This document shows positions 13,247 through 26,400 of a DNA stretch of 64,000 bases, in pieces. Source of the stretch: Lophium mytilinum (Eukaryota). The notes beneath the pieces were generated by a model. The model had not been told where the DNA came from, ran no database searches, and was given only the letters and a program-made list of their open reading frames with translations. The stretch covers positions 1,054,001 through 1,118,000 of the forward strand of contig MU004199.1 in the NCBI GenBank assembly GCA_010093605.1, in the 5' to 3' direction. The translations under genes and the position numbers were made by a program. How positions within the stretch are numbered: the first letter of the stretch is position 1; the number at the start of each line of letters is the position of its first letter.

Positions 13247-14004
13247 TTTGCCTTGCTTTGTATCAGGGGAGCTAAGTTAGTCTGATACCAGGCGTCATTG
13301 GATGGTTCCAGGGCTTGCTTAGTTTGGTCGGTCTTGCTTGGTTTAGTCGAGCTTGTTTCCTGCTGTACAATAACCGACTCGTAGGTTTCTGAATTACGGC
13401 CTAACGCTATAGACTTGGATGTCATGTCCAACATTTCTGTACTCAGTGTGCAATTTAGAAACTAAAACCTTCTTCTCACCACACATAGCGGTCGCCAGGA
13501 CATTTGACTTCCACATATCATACTGAACTTGAGCTGATGGTCTTGGGTTTTAACTAATACATGCTGCGAACTCAACGTTAGTCACCTGGAAATCGCTAGA
13601 TGTAGAATGCGAAGCCTGGAGAAGGCTTTTGAGCGAATGTTCTGTCGCGTCACATTGCGTACAGAAAGTTGTCAGCGTGATGCCGCTTAACATCTTTTTC
13701 GGGTGTGCTAGCGCGGCTGCCATCGGAGGCAGTCGCTCCTTCCTCAACTCACAGCAAGCCCCTAACTATGTTCTTGTCACCCTTTCCATCTCTTGTCCTT
13801 TCACTTTCCATACTGCACCTCTTTGCAAGTCGTCTCTACAGTCTACCTCTCCACAGCCATCAAGGCGTCCTGCCTTCGTCTTGTCTTGTCCACCGTGACG
13901 CCTAATTTGCCCACATACCTCGACCGGCATCACTTTAGCGTCATAAACAGCGCATGCCAGAGCTAGAACGAAGCTCACATCCCCCCCAAGAGACTTCTGC
14001 GAAC

Positions 14005-16128
14005 ATGTCTTCGCCCTGGTGGAACCGCAAATCGGCGTCTCCCTCGCCTAGCGACGGAGCAGAGGATTCGGGCAAAGCCTCGCGACTGAGTTTACGTCAT
14101 CGTCGCTCTGAGCTGCCCGTTCCTAAAGGTCTGCAAACTGGCACGAGGCTCAAGAGGTTCCTGTATGACGCATCACACCTTCTTTCGCTTCCAAGATTCT
14201 AACATCGTCTAGTTCGTCAAAGGCTTTGCGTCAGGAAGCCCCTGTAAGTATTTCCGTTCCATATTGTTTGCCGAACCCCGTCCATTCCAGAAGTTTGCTT
14301 CAGAGCGTGACCATTCTTTCATCAAACCCCATTCTTACCTATCATTCAATCCTTGCCGCACCTGCACATCCATCCACCAACTCGTTACCTCACTCTCCTG
14401 TCAAGACGCTCCTTAGTGAAAGCTACATCGAGATTCGTTTCAAACTTGTTTTCACTGGGTACTGATAGCCTTCAGGGAGTCGAATCAGACCCTTCCTACA
14501 ACACCATCATGCCCGACACGGAGCACAACTTCGCCAGCATTCCCGCCGTTGACGGTCCTCCAGATAGCCCTCCCGTCATGGCTCCTCAGCCAGCAGTCAA
14601 AGGCCATCAACTCGTTGCACGGCCTCGTGTAGACTCTTCCCTCCAAGACTACACTTTCGAGAAGTTTCCAGCCGAAGAGGATATCCCAAAGACGGACAAC
14701 ACTCCAGTGAGGCCAGACAATGCTTCAATGAGGCCCAAAACCCGCGACGCCACGCCTCCTGGCAATTCAACCATCGAGCTTGTCAAACACATTGGATCTA
14801 GAGTCCTTGGCGTTATCGACGATGGAGACTCTGCTATCTTCGCCCAACGTACCAGTACTAAGAAGGCAGTGGAGCGCATTCCTGCTAGAGATGCCATTGC
14901 TATGGGCCTTGGTTTCCAGGACGCAAGCCAGGAATACTGGTGGAACGGCCTCACTCCCCTCATCGAGAGCCTGATGATCAAAGCACAATACCCAGATCAT
15001 CTCAAGTATGCATACTTCGGATTCATTGCCAAGTTTATCCTTCCATCCCTTGGTTCCCACAGCGGCAACCAACCGGCCATTCCCAAAATCACTCACGACA
15101 GATGCCCCTTGGAGCCAAGCCTGAACATCTCAAAGTCCAGCCTCACCGTCCGCTTCACCATAGAGCCTCGTGGCCCCTTCGCCGGCCTACCCCAAGACCC
15201 CTTCGGCCAGCTCCAGGGCCGCAAGCTCTTCGACGAGATTCTCGCCTCGTCCCCGCTCGCGACCAACATCGACAGCATCCTCTTCAACCACTTCGCCAAC
15301 GAGTGCTGGGTCCCGAAATCCACCGCCTCTGCCCTCGACATCCCCCGAGACCGCATCCCCCCGCAATGCCAACTCGCCTTCGACCTGCACCCAACCAAAC
15401 CCTCCATCAGCCTCAAAGCCTACTTCATCCCCCGCGTGAAATCCCTTATCCACTCCACAAACGCGCAAAACATGGCCTTCGACGCCATTGCGCGCTGCCC
15501 CTCCTTCGACACCCTTGGCCCCGCCTTCTCCATCCTGACAGCCTACATGTCCTCGCTCCCGGACTCCCGCAAATTCACCGTCCAGATGATCGCCGTCGAC
15601 TGCGTCCACCCGTCCACCGCCCGCGTCAAGGCTTACGCGAAACCCGGCATCGGCGTCCCCGTCAGCATCGCGCATATCTGCGATATGTACACGCTCGGCG
15701 GCCGCCTCTGCTCGAAGACGACGATGGAGGGCCTCGACGTGCTGCGCGCTATCCTGCCCCTCCTTCTCGATGCCGAGGACGAGGACCCAGACACCCTGCT
15801 CACGCGCCCGCTGAACGCGCACCACCACGGCGGCATCGTCGCGAGCTACGAGCTGATGCCGGGCGCGCCTGAGCCCGAGGTCAAGATCTACGTGCCCGTG
15901 TGGGCGTTTGTGCGCAACGATCGGGTGGTGGCGGAGAACCTGACGAGGGTGTTGAGACGGTTTGGGTGGGATACGCAAGCGGTGTGGTATGCGCCGGAGT
16001 TTGAGGCGATGTTTGAGGGAACGTTGGGGAAGGCGGGCAGGCATTGTTATGTGTCGTTTGCGTGGACGGAGGGGAGGGGGGCGGGGTTGACGGTTTATTA
16101 TAGTCCGGGGGTTGGGGTGGTGGAGTAG
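14005..16128 (+). CDS. DMATS-superfamily aromatic prenyltransferase with a long low-complexity N-terminus (5' exons uncertain; alternative start 14509)
   Basis: PLEPSLN, LAFDL, LKAYF, RVKAY, KIYVP and VYYSP motifs typical of DMATS enzymes. In-frame splice path 14005-14162 / 14213-14243 / 14476-16128. Confidence 0.88.
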
Positions 16129-17322
16129 AGGGGTGGGGATGGAGGGGGCGAGGGGAGAAAGAATAGAGACCGAGAGGGAGAGAGTGAAAAGAGAACAAGG
16201 GCGAAAGGGAGGGAGTGAAGAGAGAATCAAGAGCGACAGAGAAAAGAGAGAGAAGAGAGTGTATGATCAGTCATCTTTATATCAACAGGGATTAGAGGGA
16301 GAAAGAGTGTGCGATGGGGTATGCGGACTACGGGTATCCGGTATGCGAGTACGATGAGCTTTCAGTATTGCGAGTTAGAGGGCTGGTATGCTTATTGCTT
16401 TTACATGGGTATGGCGTTCGTATTGTCCCTTCCAGATGGTTAGGGGGCTTGTACGCATATCCCTTTCATGTCACTATGGCGTTGGTATGCTTATCCCTCT
16501 CAGATCAGATGGTTATTGGAGGGACTGTGCCTTTTGAGAGTGTTCTTACACTTACATGATTCCTTTTCATAGAATGGTTACCGCCCTTGCTTCAGTAAGT
16601 AAATTCAATGAGTATAAATACATCAACGGTGCCTTTTGTGATTGGCGGGATTTATGGTGATGAGTGCAGTTAATTAGGCAAAAACTTGGACGGGTCACGT
16701 GTGCGGCGGGAGCTTCTTCTGAGTGGGGGGTATAAATTGCAAGTTTGATCTGTGATTTCCAGTTCATGGGAGGATTTAGGTTCAGAGCGATCGAGCAAAC
16801 GAATTGCAAGACGAGATCATGGCACCTGGAAGCCTGGCCGTTCAAACGAGCCAGTTGAAGAGCTTATGGTGGTCTGGAGCGTGGAGGAGATCGAAAATCG
16901 GACTCCGAGCCGTTTCATGTGCGGGTGGTGGCGGCTCTGCTCTGAACGTGGTGATGGACTTCTGCAGCCGAGCGAAAGGATGGGTTGCGTTGCGGATGGA
17001 GTGTGGCTGTTTGGGTTCATACTTGGGGATTGCTGCTCTGGAGTCCGAGACAGGAATGATGAAATTGGCGTCGTATTGTACTGGTGCTGATGATCGTCGA
17101 AGATTGAGATGGGAATGATGGTGAGCATCCTGAGATGAAGCTCAGATTCTCGTTGGAATCTCCTCACTTGGTTGATTTGCAGGGCTTAGCGTCTGAACAT
17201 CGATAGAAGGTCGAATGATATGTACACAGATGCCAGACAACGGATGCATTGACTCCGCTTCAAAGAATATCGTAGGCAAATGGACTCTAAACCTACGCTG
17301 CTAAGGCAACATCCCGCCCCTC

Positions 17323-18516
17323 TCACATCCAAACCACTACCGCCCCCAAGATACCTAGCAAGCTCCAACCACTCGCCTTTATGACTCCAATCACCGCCGC
17401 CCCCGTCGAACTCGCCGCCGCCGTCGCAGAGCCCGTCGGCGAGGGCTTCGAAGACGTAGGCGAGCTTGACGGATTTACCTGATCCAGCGGCAGCATCACG
17501 CTATCGAGGACATGCATGAGGCCATTATTCGCCCTGCAAAGATTAGCCACAGATGTACAATCTCCGGTAACTTCAACTACTCACAGAAGATTCGCATCGA
17601 CGACTTTCGCGTTGTTGAAGTAGATGTCCTTTCCCTTGATAAATACTCTGACGGTGTTAATACTTAGCGTCGTGAACTCCATCCCGTCGGTCAAGAAGCT
17701 CGAATTCAGCGGTTGTGCTATTGTGTGGAACAGCAACGCGTTCGTTAGCGCCGAAACGTTGAGCGTAGAATCAGCGTTCCCAGCGGAGCTGAACGCGTTG
17801 TTGTTAGGACCGAGGCAAGTGATGTTCTGGGCATGGTCGAGGGTAGGCCAGATACCAGTGCGATTGAGGGCATTATCGAGCGCAGTGAGTTTCGAGTTAC
17901 GGACAGTCTTAGAGCAAGACGCCGGGAGGGTAAGGATGCCATCGAGGATATGGAAATTGCCGCCGTCGAAGGCACCGTCGTTGACGATGGTCATGTTGAC
18001 CGAGGCATCGAGACCGGATTTCACGGGATTGGTGCCAGAGCCGCCCTGGCGTACTCGGAGTTTGGCCCCGCTGGATGAGGCGGAAGAGACGAAGAGGACT
18101 TGTCCAGAGCTCCTGTCTGCGCTGCCGACTTGGTCGGTCAGGGCGGCGTCGGCAGTTCTGTTGTTGTATTACGGGTCGTTTAGGAGGGTTGGGCATGTTG
18201 TACTTTTTGGGTTTGTGAAGTTGCTTCCGCCGAGGGCTCCTACGAGTAGGTGGTAGGAAAAGAGTGGTGCGAGGTCTGTGGGTGGGAGGGAGGTGACTTC
18301 GACGCCGTATGTCTGCTTGTTATTTGCGAATACGTTATCATCAGGTACCAGCACTGTAAGTGGAGCGTCTGCGCTGAAGGGGAGGATGGCTGTGTTCGCT
18401 TTGGCGAAGACCGTGAAGTTGGATAATTGAGGATATGCGCTAATAGCTTTAAGAAAAGTTTTCGCATTCGCGCCGAGCGCGCTACTTAGCAAAAAATAAA
18501 TAGGAGAACGATGCAT
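17323..18516 (-). pseudogene. Secreted, probably GPI-anchored fasciclin (FAS1) protein interrupted by an in-frame TAA at 18169-18171
   Basis: Signal peptide, TVLVPDD and TCLGPNNNAF FAS1 H1 motifs, NGLMHVLDSVM H2 motif, Ser/Thr linker and hydrophobic tail. The frame continues unchanged past the stop. One clear intron at ~17533-17584. Confidence 0.75.
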
Positions 18517-19325
18517 TATAGATTAATTAAAACTTCAATGGCAATGTGAGAAGCGAGGATTGAGAGGGAAAAGATGGCACTAAATTGTACTTATCCTCCA
18601 TGTTCGTAAAGGCTGCGCCGTTGGCACAAAGCCTCCCGTAGAGCTGAAGGCTGGCGCAGCCAAACATATGCCATCTGCAAAGCCACTTTAAGCCGCGGCA
18701 CAAACCTTGGAGGAGCTTTGATGGCCAGGCGTCCTCAGCCCTGCAGAGGTACTTCAGCTGGAGTGGGGTTGACAATGCCAAGCGCAAAAGAATTAGCAGA
18801 GGTAGTTTAGTAAAATCAGTCGCGGGCAGTGGTCTATGCCGCCAGTAGAGTGAGGTTCACTTCAGCCAACGCTAAGACAGATTAAATGGGCCGGTTGCGA
18901 TTTGATGAGAAATTGAGATAGCCGTTTGGAGTTGAGGAAGATGCGAAACAGGTCTACCGACCCTGACTGAAATAGCGGAGTTTAGCTACATTCATCCTAC
19001 CTTCATGTGTATACCGCAATTGTTATACGCCCTTCATTGTTAATTACGCATCGAAGCCGCTCCGGTCTACAGCGGTCAATTTGATTATGAGAGTTACACA
19101 CCTCAAGCTTTGTTGTCGAGAGTATAGTGCAGCGATTGCGCCGTCCACCGTAAGGTACGAATCCTTCCACCAACGCCCATAGGCTATGACTCGAAAACAA
19201 AGTGACACGAGGACATGGTTTTAGGGAATAACGTAGTTTTAGGAAATAGCAGAGGTCTTGGACACGCTTTATTGCCTCTTAGTCCCTACCTTATCCGTTT
19301 CAACAAAGTAAAAGTGCCGTGGCGC

Positions 19326-20105
19326 TCAAACCAAAGCTCCAAAGTACTTCAAATACTTCGGCACGTCAGGTTCAGTCGTGGCCTCTTTAGCCAACCAGTC
19401 CGCCTCTTCGTTGTGATGGATTGGCAAGAGCCAAAAGTGGACTTCACAGCCCTCCTTCGCAAGCTTATTGATCTCCACTAGAAGAAGCTTCCACAGGTCC
19501 TTGTTCTTGACTGTCGTCCCTCCAAATGTCTGCCACTCGGTCTGCGCCCAAGTCTCGATCAGATCAGTGATGCCGAGCACGACGTATTCCGAATCGGTGC
19601 CAATAACGATACTTTTAAAGTGCTCTCCCCGCCAGACACGGAACTGTAATGCCGCAATCACCGCCCGGAGCTTAGCGCGGTTGCTTGTCTGCGGATATTC
19701 GACGCCGGTCGGGCCCAGTCGTTCCAGGCGGAAGCTACAGCTCTTCTCCTGCAGGTTGTATGGCGATGGTTTGAAAATGAATGCGCAGCCGCCACGACGC
19801 TGTGAGATACCGTTGCGATCCTTGTGGCCGTAGCAGGAACCATCGGTATAAATGAGCATTTCCCGAGCGTTGGTACGGCGCACGAGACGGTGAGTGTTGA
19901 GAGGGTGAATGAAGGAGATTTGGTGTTCATTTGCCGTGTGAGTGAAGAGAGTGCGAGGGGTATCGTCCGAAGATAGCGGATGGAAAGCTTTGGCTTTCTT
20001 AAGAGGGTATCCTGGGAGTGGAGGACCAGTCAGGCTCCTGAAGTCCAATATATGCCATCCGGCGGACTTTTGGGCGAGGGGCAGCGTGCGCGTTGAAAGC
20101 TCCAT
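19326..20105 (-). CDS. RNase H1-like domain protein, probably catalytically impaired (E to K)
   Basis: IYTDGSC, TSNRAKL (normally NRAEL), TDSEYV, VKNKDLW and NEEADWLAK. Confidence 0.85.
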   Translation of the reverse strand: MELSTRTLPLAQKSAGWHILDFRSLTGPPLPGYPLKKAKAFHPLSSDDTPRTLFTHTANEHQISFIHPLNTHRLVRRTNAREMLIYTDGSCYGHKDRNGISQRRGGCAFIFKPSPYNLQEKSCSFRLERLGPTGVEYPQTSNRAKLRAVIAALQFRVWRGEHFKSIVIGTDSEYVVLGITDLIETWAQTEWQTFGGTTVKNKDLWKLLLVEINKLAKEGCEVHFWLLPIHHNEEADWLAKEATTEPDVPKYLKYFGALV

Positions 20106-20782
20106 TATGAGTATAATGTGAGGGTGTCACTGGGTCTAGCAATGACTCGAAATTCGTGGAGATAGAGCCTGGTTGTCGATGAAACAGTGCCGCAAACGAA
20201 GAACCGTACGATCCTACCGGGATGCGCTCTGGGAGTCGACGACGCACAGCGAACTAGCTTCGACGTCAACAGCTTGGAAGCCGCTGAAGTGTGTAGGACA
20301 TGAGTGAATTAGTTATAGTATGTTCGTCGGGTTCTTGTCCGGAGAGTAATCGGCACCGGTGGTCGTCGAGAGATTGAAACTTCGAGTAGAGGAAGGAGCG
20401 GACGCTCGGAGCAATGCTAGGAGAAGGCTCTGGCCTAGAGACAAAGCTAAGGAGATGGAAAACGTAGGTAGCGAAAGAACAAGCGGATTTATCCAAAGCG
20501 GGAGAAGCTGTTTCAATCAGAATGTCTCCTCAGACCGGCGGCTGGTAGCGGCGGCTGATAGCGGGGTTAAGCCCCTGTCGCTTCGATCACGTGAAGTGCA
20601 TGTGACGCAGGGTCCAATTCAGGGTCCAGTAGAATTTCCCTCAGTAATAGCAGAGGCGAAACAATGTTCTCAACATAAGGACGACGTCGTATCTCACCCC
20701 ACTTTCCTGTCCGTATCAAAGCTCAACTCACTGAATATTAGCCCCCTCTACTAGGCCTAGCTCCACGTCACCAAAGCTCCAT

Positions 20783-21042
20783 GCACGCCCCCTAATTCCT
20801 CCACGCACATCCCCCTTTCGTCTGATCTTCTAAATGGCTCGGAGGGCTCGGATCACTGCTCCGGCGCTCAATTCTCACACACATCCGTGTTACAATATAG
20901 GGTAGCCACGCCGCATTTAGAGAGGGCACTTGGAATTAGTGAGCGACCTAAGGAAGCGAATTGGAGGCTTCGGAGCGATCCTCCGGGCCAATTAGAAGAT
21001 CAGATGAGAGGGGGGTGTGCGTGGAGGAATTAGGGGGCGTGC
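20783..21042. repeat. Long imperfect inverted repeat (MITE/foldback-like)
   Basis: 20783-20845 (GCACGCCCCCTAATTCCTCCACGCACA...) is the reverse complement of 20980-21042 with few mismatches. Looser pairing extends inward to ~20874/20958. Confidence 0.85.
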
Positions 21043-21444
21043 GATTATCCCTCCCCTTAGAATAACGTCTACAGCCTCAAAATCCTTCTTCTCTTCCACC
21101 CCGTACCTACCTCTTCTCTCCAGATTTCGAACCTCGTAAATAGAATTAGGCTTCAATGATTTAGAAATATGGCCACTACAGTACCCTGTTAAAATAATTA
21201 TCCGGCCAAACAAGGGAGTACTATTAGTGGAGCATGCAGAAGCCGGGCCTGTCAGAGGGAGAGGACGTATAGTGAATATCGAGGATGGAAAAGGAGAACA
21301 GAATGCAGAAGAAACGGGAGCGAAAGCCCTAGCATATGCGTACTCATTATGGAATTAGGATAGCCCGGTCCATTTGTGGATACTCGACATCACATTCAGC
21401 ACATCAAACCGCCCATTCTAATTTCCCAGCCATATCATGATTGC

Positions 21445-22759
21445 TCACGGCGCCGAGTGTACCGGCATAGGTTGAGCCATGTCCACAGGCTGCGGCTGCT
21501 GTGGGTTGACTGGACTCCCTATCGGCTGAGGAGGCGACATTGCAGCCCACTGCTGTCCCTGCGGCTGCGGCTGCCCGCCTATCTCATGCACACTCTGCGG
21601 CGCTGGTGTAATGCCGTAGTGTGGTTGTACGTTCGCATTTCCCTATCCTTGCTGTGTTGCATATATTGGCGGTGGGCTCATAGTGGCAGGAATCGTTATG
21701 GCAGCTGCAGATTTCTCGGGTGGGGCGCCGTAGTAACCTCCTCCTACTACTGCAGCGCCTCCAGCACTTGCCCCTCCATCGCCGCTCATATGCACAGGTT
21801 GGGCATGACCAGCAGAGGGATTCGCGGCGGCGTCGCGACGCTTCTTCCACCAGAGAAAGAAGCCAAGAGCGCTTGCTAGAACGAGGAAGAGGATACTACC
21901 AAGTACGCCACCGACGATAGCGGCGATAGGAGCTTTCTTCTGAGGGGTGGAAGTAGCCGTGGGTGAAACGGGGGTGGTGGTCTGCGGGCCTGGAGTTGTT
22001 TGGGTATGAGCTGTAGCAGAAGCTGTAGTAGGGGTTGGAGTTGGGGTGGTGCTGAATGAAGAGCTTTCTAGAGTGGTAGTGGAGTCTAGACTCGTGCTTG
22101 CGACGGTGACTAGTCGTGTTAGACGAAACACCAAGCTCCAGACAGGAAATCACCTACTTTCAGGGAGAACTGCCAGGGAAGTTCGATAGAGAGTCATGAC
22201 TTCATCCCGGGACCAGGCTGGGCATTCGACAAAATATGACGTGGAACTATAGCCAGGCGTATACACCATCAAGTCGTAAACACAGGGGTACGTGCTTCGA
22301 AGTGTCAGCGATTTCTAAGTGCGTGAAGGAAGTACAGAGAAAAGTACCAGCTTTGTGACGAATAGAAGGAAGTTGTGGAGGTTCCGTAAGGGGATACAAA
22401 GAGTCCATAAGCGGTGTTGTCGGAGCAAGTCGTAAAGTAGGAAGCCATGTCGCTATACCAACAGCCTCCATACCAATCGCCATGGGTTCTGATTTCACCA
22501 TATTGGGTTCCGTAGCATTGCAAGTAGTTATCTGTTGTGGGAACGTGTTAGCAGAAAGATCAGCAATGATAATGACAAAGAACATACACGACGAAGCTCT
22601 GTCCGTCGAGAAATAGCCGATAAAGTCACTTCTGCCATACGCATCGTATCTTTTCTCAAGGCGCGGAGCAGCTGTGATTACGGGTCCAGGGATTGCTCCT
22701 ACAATAACAAGGACACTGAAAAGTGTGGGGGGCCCCAAAAATAATCGAGTTGAAGTCAT
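21445..22759 (-). CDS. Type I membrane protein: signal peptide, Cys-containing ectodomain, Ser/Thr stalk, TM helix, Pro/Gln tail; in-frame TAG at 21643-21645
   Basis: VITAAPRLEKR Kex2-like site, three GT-AG introns that keep the frame, and TM segment IAAIVGGVLGSILFLVLASALGFFLWWKKRR. Confidence 0.8.
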
Positions 22760-23402
22760 GCTTAGTGACTCGGAATACGCTATTTGAAGCGAAAATTGGA
22801 TAGGAGGAGTAGAAAGCTGGGAAAGTCTGCTAAGGTGGACGGGCACGTAGTGCTTCATCACGAGCCAAACCACGCGAGGCTATGCCTAGGTATTTGTGCT
22901 TGAGTGTGTACATCTTGGGCCCAGTTAGCAATTGTCAATGGAAAGACAGGAAGTCCTCCCGCTGAGCCGTGTCTGGGCATGGCTGGACCTAGAGGCCTTG
23001 GAAAGGAAGTAGGCGCAGCCGAGACTTCTGGATCCGCGGCGTATGCTCCCCAACCGGTCAGCAGCTGTAGCGCAGCATGGTGGTTGGCGTGATGAAGGGG
23101 GGAGTCATGCAAGGCTGAACTTCTCATCCCGTCGAAAAGCCTTGGCATTATTGGACCTGGTTAAACCTACCTAGGTAAGGTTGGAAGGGTGTTCGCCTTA
23201 GCGCGCGTTTAAGGTTGGCACGGTTAGATCTCGTCCCGCCACAGCCCTCCCCTCTTTCCGTTCTTTACCACATGCGAAATCCCTATGCATGCGATCCAGC
23301 AACAGCCCGATTTACAACCCAATTCTCTCAATCTATGCGTTCTCAGGACCATAACGCTTCTCTCCATCCATTCTATGGCTCCCAGAGCTCGTTTTGTCAG
23401 TC

Positions 23403-26400
23403 ATGAGCGCGGCAAAGAAGGTCGCAAATATGCAGCAGCTTCCAGTCGCCAAGGATGAGGGGAGGATGAAGAAACATATCCTTGCGAGGCAGCTTGTTCT
23501 TAATATAAAATCACCGGCTCGACTAGAGGTAATGCGACTACTAGAGGACTGTAACGCTGACCCTGATGTTGGCATAAATTGGGACAACACATACATCTTC
23601 CCCCTTACGGAAGCTATTTCCATGGGGTTTGCGATGGCAGAGACACTTCTGATCAAAGGGGCGAAGTTGAAGCCCTGCCACGATATCCTACATCACAACA
23701 TGCCACCGGCGCTGAGTCACCCCATTACTGTCGCAATTGCCAATCGGCAGACGGAGATGGTACATTTGATGCTTGCCTACGGCGTCCCCGTAAACTTTAC
23801 CTGGGACGTTGCCAGGGACGGCATGAGGACCCCTTTCATCGAAGCGCTTTCTCGCGGAGACCTAAAGTTGGTGCGAGTGCTCCTGGATCACGGTGCCGAC
23901 GTTTTCCAAAGTAATCTTACCCAGCTGAGCCCGGGACAAATGTCTCGATACACTAGCAGGTTCGATCCACGACAAGCCCAACTCCTGGGGCTCTTGTCAC
24001 AGTGCAAAGCACTGCATCTTTGGCCTTATCCTTCCGGTCTTGCGCTTCTCCATGCGACTGGAATTGGAAACCGCGAACTGATGGAACACCTCGTGAGTGA
24101 CGGGTTTGTGGAAACCAAGCTTGCCAACGAGAACCGTTTGACTGCTTTACATTTGGCAGCAGGCGCTGAGGGAGGTGATATTATCGAATTTCTGCTCGCG
24201 AAAGGTGCATCCGTCGAGTCCCTGGATACCTACGGTACTACACCACTGATGCATGCGGTTTTTTACGGGAATTTGGCTGCGGTGGAGCGTCTCTTGTCAT
24301 TTGGAGCCACTGCGAACGATTTCTTCCGTCGAAACGAATATCTTCCTGTCGCGGTTCCAGCAGTCCCGTTCGAGTATCATTTTGATCGTATCGCAAAGAC
24401 GCTGTCAGGATTCGCGCAGTTCCGCGAGTTTGAATGGTCAGCAATACAAGTAGCGTCTCATCGAGGCTTTTGTAAGATCCTTACTGTCCTACTTAAAGCT
24501 GGAGGAGATCCCTATTATCAGTCCATAGATGGAAAAACAGCGCTTGATGTTGCAATAAACAATCGTCATTGGCGCGTTGTTAACGACTTACTTCAACTAG
24601 GCGTCAACTTCAACGCCACGAAACCTTCAGTTGCTCGGCTTCTCGAAGAGACGAGTGATGATTATAACAGCGAGGCTGCGTGCCTATTGGTCGAACGCGG
24701 AGCTAATCCATCGACGATGTTTTCGGATATCAAATTCAAAGGGCTAGAAAGAAATACCGAAAATCTTGCCATCCTCGACGAAGCGACTAAAGCACTGTTC
24801 CTAACAGCGGAACCACGTGATCCTAAAAGAGAGTCAAAGTTCTGCTCAGCATGCTCGAGGCTTTTCGAAAGACCGCCAATATCGTTTGAGACTGTACTGG
24901 AAGGGTGTCACGACAGTCGGACTAGTTGCGCCATCTGCGCGCTTGCAAGAGATAGCATCCGATCGCTTTCATCCCTTCAAAGATGGGACATACGTTTTTC
25001 TGGATTGATGAATGTGCGCGATGAACGCTTTCGAATATACCTCTGTGGAAAAAGCCACGAAGTCCAACAATTCCCAGGTCAGTACTACAATTGCTAAGCG
25101 TATACACAAAAGACGCCTCTGTAAACCGATCACTACTATCCCGTCCACCTTTCCACGCTTCCCTCTACGCGAATCTCATTATTCGTTACCTCATGTCATA
25201 CTCTACCGTCCCAATCGCGAACACACGTTAGCATGGAAATCCCTCTTTACACCCGCCACCTCTTGTCCGCATGGGTGTGCCTCCTAACACTCCACCTAGT
25301 AAATTGGGATCGCGTTCTATCAGAGGCCAGCCAACTCCAGGACGTCGGGACAGGATCACCGGCTGCAACACGAGTTGCAATTCACTGGCTTCGAAACTGT
25401 ATCGCAGGCCATTGGCAGTGCAACATAGCCATGCATCGGCGGTTTTTTCCCACCCGGGTTCTTGATACAGGCCCCCCGGGAATTCTAGCAGAACCTGTAC
25501 TTCTCGAAGCGGACTCTTACCGTGGGCCATATGTTGCTTTGAGTCATCAATGGGGAACGTCCACTCTTCCACGTACTACGCTTGCCAACATTAAGCAACG
25601 AAGACAGTCAATACCGCTAGCAGAGTTGACGAACACAATGCGGGATGCTATCTCAATAGTCCGAAATCTAGGGTTCCGCTATATATGGCTAGACGTTGCT
25701 TGTATTATACAGGACTCGAAAGAAGATTGGCTAGCCGAGTCTTCCAAGATGGCTGATGTTTACCGATCCGCAATACTGACACTAGCAGTAGCGGACGCTG
25801 AAGATCACAGCGAAGGCATTTTCCGACCACGAGAAGCACACTGCGTAAGGCCTATCCGCTTCGAAGACTTCCGTATGCCGCGAAGGGAGCGGAGCTGGTT
25901 TGATGGCGAGGGAGCGCTGTATATCGTGCCCTCATCTCATCAAGTTGCCAAAGGTGTCCGTCCGAGGGGACCGCTGGATTCTCGGGGCTGGATCCTCCAA
26001 GAACAGCTCCTCTCACCTCGCATCCTTTATTATGGAAAAGGAGAACTGTTCTGGGACTGCATCTCCACGTCTGCTTCTGAGTCTTCTCCCGTCTCCGCGT
26101 CGCTTCTTGACGATGAGAAGTCTTCCGAAACTTGGGCCATGAAGCTGATCCGAAGGGCCATCGTTGGCGGAGGCGATCCCGGGACAGTCCAGAGATACAT
26201 GCAAAACGTGTGGATCGAGCTTATTCAGAACTATTCAGCCAGAAGTCTGACGCGGCCTCTGGATAAGCTGGTGGCCATGGAGGGAATTCTTTCGGCGGTG
26301 GAGCAAATATTCGGTGATGCTGTTGTCGCCGGCTTGTGGAAAGATGGACTTTGGCGTCAACTGACCTGGTGGACTGTGAGTAAGGAGGTTACTGTCGACT

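Noticed and set aside
14940..16230. Long alternative-frame and antisense ORFs (310 and 347 aa) over the DMATS gene
   Set aside because: Shadow ORFs caused by GC-rich codon bias; no domain signal.
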